Shown one piece after another: positions 50,126 through 61,800 of a stretch of DNA of 64,000 nucleotides. Made by a program: the position numbers and the translations under genes. The notes below the pieces were generated by a model. It did not search any database and was not told where the DNA came from. It saw nothing but the letters and a program-made list of their open reading frames with translations. Positions within the stretch are counted from its first letter, which is position 1. The number at the start of each line of letters is the position of its first letter. The DNA is taken from the NCBI RefSeq assembly GCF_032191835.1, contig NC_083226.1:134602001-134666000 (forward strand). Direction: 5' to 3'. This stretch comes from Heteronotia binoei (Eukaryota).

Positions 50126-50837
50126 CTCTGCAGGCGAGAGCAGGGCTTTGGAAGCAGATTGTAACTGGCAGGCTGGCTACTATGGGAGGACCGACACAAG
50201 GTCTCCGCCCTTATGCCATCATTTCATCCTCTGGCCCCACTACACACCTCTTACTGCGGCAGCCACGCGTCAGTCAACACCACTGTTATGACGACGACAT
50301 TATTGTTGTTGCTCTCATTCATATCATGATGTCACTTCCGCTCAAATCACAGGACCAACCCGTAATGAAATATCAAAGCTACGCCCGCCTTGTCGAATAA
50401 GTCAGTCTCGGAATGGAGAGCGTTACATTTTACGTCACCATAAAAGCGCCTCCCCTATGGCTGACAGCCTATAGGTGGGGAGGGACAGATCCTCAGAGTG
50501 AAACCATAGCAACAGCGACTGAATGTGTCGGGAATAACGAATATAAATGAACTCCACCGGGTACCGTAAAAGCTTCTCCTCTTTGCATGATGCTTCTTGC
50601 CCTGTAGATGGTGGTGTTGAATTCGACACCGGAAGGGACTCAGTGGACTTATTTTTTCTACCTCTATGGGAAAGAAAACGACATTATAGCGCGCGCGCCG
50701 AAAGCTGTGGCGCAGCGCTTGTGACGACAGTAATGACGTTTTCGTCTTCCTGAAGGTGGGCTGTGGTGATGGCGACTTCCTTGCGGAGCAACGTGACTTC
50801 TGGTGGGTGAAGAAGGAAAGTAGTGTGGCGTTCGGGG
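50126..50837. promoter_or_regulatory. ANKRA2/UTP15 bidirectional CpG promoter with both non-coding first exons
   Basis: Minus donor GCAGAG|GTGAGG at 50126 (ANKRA2 exon 1; likely exon-2 acceptor at 48275 or 48183). Plus donor GGGG|GTAAGT after 50837 (UTP15 exon 1; exon-2 acceptor at 52777). Contains an ETS-CRE-like GCGGAAGTGACATCA (minus, about 50328-50342) and TTACGTCA. Confidence 0.8.
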
Positions 50838-52254
50838 GTAAGTAAGAAGCCCAGTGGGCCGACACGGAGGGCTCGTGGGGCGAGCAAGCTGCAGTAGCCT
50901 CCATTTCCCCCTTTTCGCTGAAGCCCAAAGGTGTCTGCTTTCCTCCTAGAGGTGCTTGGATTTTAGCCGGCGGTGGTCCTTCCTGTAACTTACGCCCCGC
51001 AACAGAAAAAACACAGCGACTTTTTGGAAGTGGATTTTGCTATTTGCACACAATAAAAATCCAGTTGTAAAGCATGTTATTTATTGTGTATGAATGCACC
51101 CAATGTAACAAGAACCCTGCTGGATCAGACCGAGGGTTCACCGTAGTCCAGCTTGCTTTTTTCAGCAGTGGCCAACTGGCGGGAAGTGAAGAACTACTTC
51201 CCTACACTCTCTGTTTAATGTTTTTTTTCATGTTGCAGCTCCTCGATTCCATTTCTTTCTCGCATATGCTGTATGATATGAATTTTGCAGCGCTGTCATA
51301 ATATTCCAAATGAAACCAAATAAGTTTGTACAAAGGCATTATACTACTAGTTTTACTGTCAAGTCATTTACAAAAATACCTAAAATGGAATTGGTTGTTG
51401 TTATAAAAACACCATGCTATCAGTTGGATGTGCAGAGATATTGAGTCTGTCAGCCAGGAACCTGAGCTTCCTTTCCTGTTCCAGTTTCTGCTAGTTCAAA
51501 CCCTGTGGTCTGTAGTAGGATGATAGGCATTCTTTCCTATTTTTGCCAGGGTATTTGTAATCTGCAAAGTTTGTGCAAACTCTTACTAGTACCTGATGCT
51601 GTTGGCTAGAATATGATTGTCTAAGAAGTCCTGTCTAAGGCCTGCAGTTTTAAGTAAACTAGGAAGAGGTTGATGACTGTTGTTAAATGAGAGTTGTTCA
51701 ATGATAGATGGAAATTAGTTATCCCCAACTTCTGTTCCATATTTCTTCTGCTTATGCAAACAGTGATTCTTTTCCTTATGGCTATTCTTTAGACTTCAAT
51801 CCTGCAGGTGCTTTGACAATGTGGAATGTTGAGAATCACTTAGTTTACATGTGCGCTGATGCTAACACATGGTATTCTAGGTGAAATGTTGGTTTTAAAT
51901 TGAACTATGTGTTGTTCTTCATTTTGCTTTAGATATAGAAAATAAATGTTGCAGCTATACGATTGTAATGTATATTGCTTGCTACTTTCCCTATCGTTAT
52001 TTATTAAGTATTATAGGCTACTTTTTGGACTTGAGGGAGATTACAAAACCAGTTTAATCTGACAGCAAAATCTCCAATAAAAATGCAGTAGGATTAGGAT
52101 CACAGCACTGAAAGAACAGTGGAAATTAAAATTGATCTAAGGCATGCCATACCATAATGAAAAAAGGGAGTTTCAGAGGTAGAGGACATTGAAGCAAAAA
52201 GGGATATAATACATACAATTGTATGTTCAGAGATAGTACTATATCATACTAGTT

Positions 52255-52363
52255 TACAGTGCTGATTCTGTGAATTTAGGGGGAGGTATTTGTGCATTTC
52301 CTACATTGTGGAAGGAGTTCGACTAGATGATCCTGGAGGTTCCTTCCAACTTTATGATTCTGT
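52255..52363 (+). mobile_element. CR1 3' end fragment
   Basis: gactagatgatcctggaggttccttccaactttatgattctgt is the CR1 terminal hairpin with an ATTCTRTG tail. Confidence 0.75.
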
Positions 52364-52850
52364 CTCTTACAAAATTGATTTCCTGTATTGCTCCATTATA
52401 TTACCATTCTAATCCCTTTGTAAACATGCCTCCTGAGCATTTCTGTTTTGTCCATTCTGTCAAACCTTTCTGATCACTTCAGGTTAGCCATTCCACAAAG
52501 CGGGAGCCACTGCACAGGATGTGCATTAAGAAACAGTTGCCAATTTTATCCTTTTGCAAGGGTGGCACCTTCAGGAGGCATTGCTCAGATTAGCAAAGTG
52601 GTCACAGGGAGAGGAAAGGAGGGTGATTATAAGCCACTCCCCTTTAGGTAGTGAAGAGCGTGGGCCATAGCAAGAGAAGCAGTTTTACACAAAACAAGGG
52701 ACGATACATTGGTATACAGCTGAAACAAATGTGTGAATTAGTTGAAAGTTAACAATGCATTATTTTATCATTTCAGCAAAGTTCTTGTTTTTCCAAGAGG
52801 CTTGAAACGTACTATTTTTCTACCAGAGGAAACATTATCTAAAAGGAATA

Positions 52851-55800
52851 ATGGCTAGCTACAAACCTGTCATAGTACAGACTTATCCAAAACTTGGCGA
52901 AAAAGTAACGGAGGACACTTTATACTGGAAGAATTACAAGGTAATGCATAGTTAATTATGGAGTTTAGAAAATGGTTATATTCTCATTGATCTGAAAACA
53001 TTAGGTGTTTTGACTTGATTTTTCCTGTTGCAAAATGTAAAACGCTTAAGTTAGGTTAGCATTTGACTAGTACATTTCTGTTAAATGACAATATTTGATG
53101 TTTTTAAAACAAATTTAAAGTTCATATGCATTGTATTTTAAGTGGTGTTGTAGCAGATGCGCATCTCTCTACAGTACTAATAGTACCATGTTAAGAAGAG
53201 TTACACCCTTCAAAGTCCAATTTTGCTTAGGAGTGCACCATAAAAGACAAAACAGATTTTTAAAACCTTGTTGATTTTTTTCAAAATCAACAAATTTTTG
53301 TAATCTTAAAACACTTTAAAAGACATTTCTGCTTCTTTCACATTTTTGTAACTGTTCTGCTAGTGAAAAAAAATTCAAAGATGAACTGTATAAAACTTGT
53401 GCTTCCCTTTTTCCAGGCTCCCATTCAGATAAAGGAGTTTGGTGCAGTGAATAAAATTGACTTTTCTCCAGTCCGTCCATATAATTATGCTGTTACAGCT
53501 TCCTCAAGGGTAAGGATTTCAGATAAAGGAATAAACTGCAAATTGCTGGTGTGGCTACAGAAAACAAAGTCAGGCATTTGGAAATGAACAAATGGGACAG
53601 ATTGATTACTGCATCAGAAAAAAAGTCTTTATGGAATTAAGTTTTATATAATGATCTATGTCAAAGTGTGTCTGTCTCTGTTGTAATATTGCCAGAACCC
53701 GGGATAGAACCATGCTGTTCAACTTGTACTGGACCTCCATGGCCCTCATTAAGTCTTGTTGACCAAAGTGAAATGGAGTGCAAGTATCAAAGGTGTTGAA
53801 GAAGGACAAAGCCAAGTACTAGGGCTGGTGTAGCCCAGATTTTCAGAATTGTGGCTCAGCACTTTATTCTCTCACATAGAAGTTGTCACCTAAGGGGGTG
53901 GGGGATTAAAATACCACTTTTCAGGGCATCCTTTCCCTCCTCTCCCATTATCCATCCTGGCACAAGTGGCTTACTTTCCTTGAGAGTGGCCCTATGTGGG
54001 GGTGCAGTACATCTTTCCCCAATGCCCATAGTAACTCATTCTGCCCACTCCTGGGATTGCACTCTTGCCTGCTTTCTCTTCTACCCTTTCCCTCCAGGAG
54101 TGATTTGCTGGGCAGGGATGCTCTGTTTCACATCCAGCATCATACTACAAGCCTTGTTCAGCTGCTTTTCTGCCTAAAACTGGCTGACAGGTGAAATGTA
54201 TTTTGTTTTAGATTCACATCTATGGTCGATACTCGCAGGAGCCAATCAAAACTTTCTCTCGGTTTAAAGATGTTGCATACAGTGCTACATATAGAGATGA
54301 TGGGAAGCTGTTGGTAGCCGGCAGTGAAGAGGGCAGCATTCGACTCTTTGACATTGGTGGGAGAGCAGCACTGAGACAGTTCGAGGGGCATACCAAGTAA
54401 GAGATCACAGTTTAGGTATATGCATTGTGGCTTCCTGCTTTGATGTATTCCTGTAAGTTATTCTGAAACAAATGGCTTGTCCATTCTAGCCCCTGTGTAT
54501 TAATTTAAGCAGTAAATGTGATATTATACTTTTACATTTCAAGTGTACATTGCTGTTTGCTTAGCAGAGATTCTGCTAAGATTAGTTCTCTGCTCAAGAG
54601 CATATGTTCTCAGTCGTTATAACAAGCTGTAATGTAGGCCAGTATTGCTGTCCCAGCATTGAAGATGAGAGACTGAGAAAATAGTATTCCTCGGAAATTT
54701 CACCTAGCTTTTTAATAAATTCATCATGGTGCCTAGCTGTAGACAGGCAGCCATTTAGGTTCTGCTCATTCTGTACAAGTTTTCTAGACATATTTCAGGA
54801 TGCTAAAGTCCTGGAGCTGGTATGAAAGCTCTTGCACACCATCTGTTTCCCCTAAGGCATTTTTTGTATTTTGCAAAGTATTTGTAGAGGGCTAATATTT
54901 GGATTTTATTTATTTTTAGAGCAGTACATGTTGCCGGCTTCCTATCTGATAAATACCGAATAGTGTCTGGAGCAGATGATTACACTTCCAAGGTGTGGGA
55001 TGTTTCTTCCGCCTCAGAAATCATCACCTATAGAGAGCACACAGACTATGTGAGATGTGGCTGTGTTAGTAAACTGAATGCAGATCTCTTTGTAACAGGT
55101 TTGTGGGTTTGGTTAGATTTACCTGTGTCAAGTTAAACTCATTTATTTAATTTACTGCATCAATTGCTGCTTATTCAGAAGAATGTCCTCTTTACAGTTG
55201 CTTCGTATTGCATTTTATTTCATTTAACTCTGTGCCTGAATATTTTGTTGTATGTGATATTTGCATGTTTGATTGTATTCTGGTAGGCCAGATTGGCTGC
55301 TTTAAACTGATTTATTTTTCTAGCTTATGTTTCATTACTTCACTGTAATTGGTGTGACTGTGCTTATTTAAAGCGTTAATAAATGTAATTCTTATGATCT
55401 AGCACAGTATATCTGGCTGTACCTAGAGCAACATTCTATTTAACATCTTTGAAGGATTTAAAACTTTTTCTTTTTCTGGGATGACTTTTAGGCTCTTATG
55501 ATCATACTGTGAAAGTATTTGATACCCGGACAGAAAAAAGTGTGGTGACGATAGAACATGGGCACCCAGTGGAAAGTGTTAACCTCTTTCCTTCTGGAGG
55601 TCTTCTTGTGACTGCAGGTATGTTATCAAATAGCCAAACTTGCTTTTACTTTTTCCTGTTGCATTGCAGCTTGCTTTTATTTCTGTCTTCAAAGAATTCT
55701 TATCTCATTGGTAATATGGGCAACACTGACAAAAACATACTGTTGTAAATTATGCTTCACTCATGGTTGAATATTTCAGGAGGGTTTGGTCGTAGCTTCT

Positions 55801-58800
55801 GAGAATCACCTGCACAGTCTGTGACCGCCAAGAAAAGCCATGCTGTTTATGTAATCAGGCTTTGGTTGTACCCTGATCAAAGTCTGTGACTCTTCTTAAT
55901 TTAAGTTGTCTCATTTTCAGTTTGCTTTTTGTGAAGCAATGGGTGTGCAAATAAAAGTCTCTGTTCTCTCACTTGCAGGTGGTCGGTATGTTAAAATATG
56001 GGATATCCTTAGAGGAGGGCAGTTACTTGTTTCCTTGAGAAATCACCATAAAACTGTAACCTGTTTGTGCCTAACCAGCTCTGGTCAGAGGCTGCTGTCT
56101 GGCTCACTAGATAGGTTTGTACTTCTCACCATGTATTTTCCTGGCTTTTTATGAGAACAATTTAATACATGGGAGTCCTGTGTATTCTTGGTTGCCAGTG
56201 TAGACTTCAGCCTTATGTGCCCAATTTAGTGTCCTGTGAATGTCAAAACTTCCTCTCGATTATATTTCAAAAAAAGAGACTTGGTGAGCAATGCATGATA
56301 AATATGAGGTGGTCATGGAGGTCAAAGATGGGGCTTCATGCCTTTTCCACATGATTGGAAGGAAAAGAATCAGGTGTGCAAACGCATGCATTGTAGGTGT
56401 GATTTATGGTAGGTTTCTTAGCACAGAATTTGGTTTGTGGAAGGGTGCAAGCTTTCATGAGTCATTGCTCACATCTTCACAGTGTTATCTAAAGAAGTGA
56501 GCAGTGACTCGCAAAAGCTCGCACCTTACCACAAATTTTGTTAAGTCTGTAAAGTGCTACTGGACTCTTGCTCCTTTCTACTACTACAGACAGAAAAACA
56601 TGGCTGTGTGTCTTAATTTTTCTCCAAAGAATTTGGGTTAACCTTGGTGGACTGCATGTGTGTCTTAAGAAAGAGCCTGCCTGCCATCCTGTCTGGCCAT
56701 GGCTATTTTTATGAGTAGGTGCAACATTGAAATAAAAGTGAAGCTCTCTGCATCCCAATCAATTGTATTGATGTAATGGGAAGCAAAACTGAGACATGAC
56801 ATGCCTCTCAGGCAGATGCTTGCAGTTGAAAATGCCTCTTGTGGTTTCTAGTAACCTGGGAACGTCATGAGTCAGTGAGGGAATAGAGATGCCTGAAAAC
56901 TCTTTTCAAGTCATGTACATTTCTTGAATCTTTGTCAATCATACATTCTTGAATCTCCTTTGTTCTAATTTAATTTGGAAAAGGCAGTTGCAATGCCGAA
57001 TGAGAATTTTAAGTTGCATGATGCCAGTTTGCCTGTGGGAACCCAGTTTATTAGTAGACACTTTTGTATGCATTTTAGCTCTGTTTTGGTCTCAATATCT
57101 TTCCTCACTCCTCAGACCATGACAAGATATCAGCAGTATGGTGAACATTAAATTTCTGTTAAATTCTTCAGAGATGTCATCTAACTACTTGCTAAGCTAT
57201 TTTTTTTATCCCCACAGGCATGTGAAGGTATACAGTACAACATCCTACAAAGTGGTTCACAGCTTTCTCTACGAAGCCTCCATTCTCAGTCTTGCATTAG
57301 CAGTATGTATGATGAAAAGGTCTTCTGGTCACTAAGTATCTCAAAACTGTTGTATGTATAAATTTTGTATGAATAAGAAGAACAGTCCTATCCTAAGCAG
57401 AGTTACATCCTTCTAAGCCCATAAAAGTCAGCGGGCATAGAAAGGTGTAACTCTGCTTGGGATTGTACTGGAAATATTGTATGAATAGGATAACAGTGCC
57501 TGTGGAATGCAGGTCCTATTCAAGTGAGTGGCACTTGTACAGTAATGCTTCTTGCTGGATGGGACATCGTTTGCTATGGTTTGGCACGCTGCTGCAGAGT
57601 TATCTATGGCATTGCATCCTTCTATTTCCAAAGTTTCTGTCCAGTTAGGACTGTGGTTACATATGGCATTGAAAATCTAGTGTAGCCACACTACCAAGTA
57701 ATGCTTCTATGTCTGTGTGTCATGTGAGTCAGGCTGTTTGAAATAGTTTGGTGCTTGCAAAATACACATAATGAAGAGCAAGTGCTGTTCAAAAAGAGAT
57801 TATTTTCAGGTTGTGTTGTGCCTTGTGTATTCACTTATTGGGATAGGTAGCCAGGTGATTAGGATGCTGGATTGTATCTTGGAAATAGTTGGAGTATCTT
57901 TATCTGTGAGTTACCTTAATTGTGAGAAGTTCCAAGCCATGCAGTTGCTAGGCTTAGTAACTTTTCTTGGTTCTGTTTTTCCTCCTCATTGAGTTTGGAA
58001 TCGCTTCAGATGCAGGGGTGCCGTTTGACTGGTGCCTTCTAGAGAAAGTGTTCTACACTTTTACTCTAAGGCCTTTCTTAAGTAATCTAAATGTGTGTCT
58101 TTGAATCAAACAAAGCACAGCCAGCTCCAGGGTTTAGTGATATACAGCACATTGATTGTAAGCAGATGTTTCCATGCTCAGTCCCTAACAGCTTTAGTGA
58201 AAGGTAGCAAGTGCTGGGAATGACTTTGTCTGCTTATTCTGTTTACTTTTTTATTGGATTAATATTCCACTTTTCTCCATAAGATAAATGAGGCTATAGA
58301 GGCCACTACTACAGTTTTTGTGCCACATCTGTGAGATACCAAAATCTGTGGCTGGTGCAGACCTTAGATTGAAACTTGGTCAGCATTCTGTCAAAACTAC
58401 AGCCTGTATACTGGCAAATTTGAAACTCAAATTGTTTTCTGAGGATTTTATTATATTATATTAGATCACTTTTCCAGTTCATGGAATCAGGCTATAGCAT
58501 AAAAATTGAATATTTTGGGGTGTCTAGAGAATGTGGTTTTCATATTAGAATGGTCTTTATCCCGTAAGACTATTAAGCAGCTGATTATGAAGCTAGATAA
58601 TAGTACCATCTGCCAAGCTAGATATGTTTGTTTTTCTTTCCATATGTGTTTCCCACCTGTCTTTGCAGTACCAAAATATCTGTTTAGTTTCATAGTTCCA
58701 GGGTATAGATGAGTGGTTATGCTTGCAAGATTAAATGTGCTACCAGCTGCATTTTTGAAGGACGTATGTTAGGGATGCCCTTCTCAGATAGATATTGCAG

Positions 58801-61800
58801 TTGTGATTTAGGCAAGATAGAAACTGTGACCCCTGTTCTGTTTGAACGTCCATGGTATAATGAGGCTAGAGAGAAATGGATTAAAATCCTTATGCAGCAG
58901 TGCAACGAGTTTCCTCCAGATATTTTAGTTACTACATTTTTAATAGATTCTAGACTAGAAAACATTCTTTTGAAAACTAAATTTCTTGTTCAGGCCATGA
59001 GAACTTGGGCAGCCTGTAACAGGACATCGTGTATATGACATGCCCTTGTTCTCTGGCTTGATTGAATTTCTCCTTTCTTGCATCTGGATCTGACGGATAC
59101 TACTCAAGACCTGTAAGTCAGAGGAGCAGGGAAAGAAAGAATCCCACCTTTCTTCCACCACAATATAATGCAGCATACATGGGGTGGTTCCCATCCAGAC
59201 CCAACTTGCTCCATGTGTCTTCACACCATACTTGAGTTTCCATCTGGAGAATTGGTGCCAGTTGGAGTAGAGAATCTGGAGCTCAGTGGACCAGTGGTTG
59301 GGCTTGGCATATGGCAGTTTTGTAGGAAAACATTTCCTAAATGATCCCTGAACTACAGTCCTGGGTTCAGCAAACCTGTTTCTTCTTCCATTTAGCCAAA
59401 TGATGAAACCCTAGTTGTTGGCATGACAAACAGAATCCTGAATATCAAACATCGAAAACATGAAGAAAAGCAGCCTTCTGGAAGGAGGAGGCGGCCCACA
59501 TATCGAACATTTGTAAAAGGAAGAAACTATTTGCCAAAGCAGGTACAAGACCACAGGATGCAAACATCAGGGCTTATTTCAGCTCACAATTTTAATAGGA
59601 CATATGGTATAGCAAGATTTAGGGGGACATCAGAACTACAATACATTAGAAAGCCTTTTGAGCACTTTATAAAATCCCCCCAATTAATACAAGTAGATTT
59701 TTTTTTTTAAAAAAATGTTTTTAATACAAGTGCTTGTAAAATCAGGGCTGGCTGTTACACTCTTCAAAGAGGTATTTTTCCTTTCTCACACAGTTTTTTG
59801 CATGTGCTTTTAACTGTCTATATTAATAGAAGAAGAGTATCTTTTTATACCCTGCTTTTCTATATCCTAGGGAGTTTTACATCTCCTTTGCTTCCTTTCC
59901 CCACAACAGTCAACTTATGAGGTGGGAGGGACTGAGAGAGTTCTGAGGGAACTGTGACTGGCCCAAGGTTACCCAGCAGGCTTCATGTGGAGTGGGGAAT
60001 CAGACCCCATTCTCCAGATCAGAGTATGCCACTCTTCACCACCACACCATGCTGTCTCCCAGTGCCAACTGTTAGTAATACAAGCAGTACAATTTGTGAA
60101 ACTTGGGTTCAAACCCCTGTTTAGACAGGAAGCTCAATTGGTGGCTGTGTCTCAGCCATGTCTTTCAGCCCTACCTCACAAAATCATTGTGAGGATAAAG
60201 GGGAGAAGTGCGGTACCTATGTTTCTCTGAGTGCCTTGGTGAAAAGGTGAGAGAAAAATGTAAGATAGAAGTTATAATTACAATAATGTGGATTCTTTTT
60301 TTTTTCTTTTTGTAGTCTCTGTCATGAACTGTGATCTTTTCCTTTTTAGGAGGATTTCCTTGTCACAAAGCCTGTAAGAAATCACTTGAAAAAATACGAC
60401 CAACTTTTGAGAAGTTTCCAGGTTTCCAAGGCCCTGGATGCTGTCCTTCAGGTAAGGTAACGTTACTTGGGTGGTCTTTTAGAATGCACAGTACAACAAG
60501 CTGTAACATTCTCAGATAAATTGGCTACTTTGTGGTTTGTGAAGGTCTGTGCTATATTCCTCAGGCAGTGCAATCCTGAGAGCTGGTCTGTTTCCTAAAG
60601 GGAATCCACACAGGTAATTGATTGGGCAAGTACCCCTGTTGTGCCCACAAGCTATCACAGGGATACAATGGTGAGACTGTGATGACAAGGGGAACTAACC
60701 AACCACAGGGAAACTGCCATGGGATCCTCATCCCAGGGGCACTGGGTAGAGGGGAAAGAGCACCAAACATCTCTGCACCACAGGCCTCACCCAAACAAAA
60801 TGGAGGCTGCAGCATGTATTATTTTTTCCTGCATGCGTGTGCATTGCTGTCACTCCCTTGTGTCTGCCTCAGTTCCATGCTTTATCCACCTCTCAGATTT
60901 AGTGCTGGTGTGTTTGTGTGGAGAGGTTCTGGGCCAGTGTGGCAGGGCTCTGGGTGCTGAATGGCAGGATCTTCTGGGCAGAGCTGTGCCAGTCCTGCTG
61001 TTGTCATGGACAGTTCTGGATGCCTGCTGCTGGTGACATGTGGATGGATCACTGGAGAGGGCCTGGCTGGGCAAGGACAAACATTAGTGCCACCATATGG
61101 ATGTACATGAAGCAGATAACCCTCTGGTGGGTTCTGTTGCTATGTCTCAGGATGGATCAAAAAGGTGGAATGGTGGGGGGGCTGATGGTCCAGAGAGGTC
61201 ATCTGTTGGACCAGTCATATTTCACCACATAGATGGTCTTTGGGGGAGGGGTGTACTTCTGAGGGTGGTCTGGCCTGTTTGGTGGTTGGCAACCCAGGTG
61301 GTAGGTGGATCTCTGGGAGTCAACATAATAATGTTCTGGGCAGGGTTTATCAGTTGGTGGTTGCCTGGTAGGCTGCCCCCCCCCCCGCCAGCCTCTGTTG
61401 GGACCAGCCTTGATGTTGAATAGGTCTCAGGGTGGAGCCTCTCGCTGGCTGAGCACTGGGCTGCTTCTTGCCCTGGGGCCATCTGCCATGTCTGCCCTGG
61501 TACAGCCACTGCTCCTGGAATGAGAGGAAGTTGCCAAAGAGGGATGTGGAACAGTGAACATGGCACCTGTGGGGAGGTAGTTTTTCTGGCCTGCATGGGT
61601 GCCTTTGGGCTATGCCATAGGATTTATGGGAGTAACTCTGTGCTGCTGGCTGGGGATGTTCCCAGGCTGACTGACTCCTGCCACTTCCGTAGGCCTGCCC
61701 ACTCTGCTGCTGGGACAGGGGGCCAAGCCAGTGTGTAGCACTGGGACGCTATTCCAGTGTATCTCTGGATTACACTGGTGTATTCAAGATACATCTGCAT

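Noticed and set aside
47600-50900. p53 response element for ANKRA2 (a reported p53 target in human)
   Set aside because: Only isolated CATG half-site-like words were seen; no paired RRRCWWGYYY decamers were found by eye.
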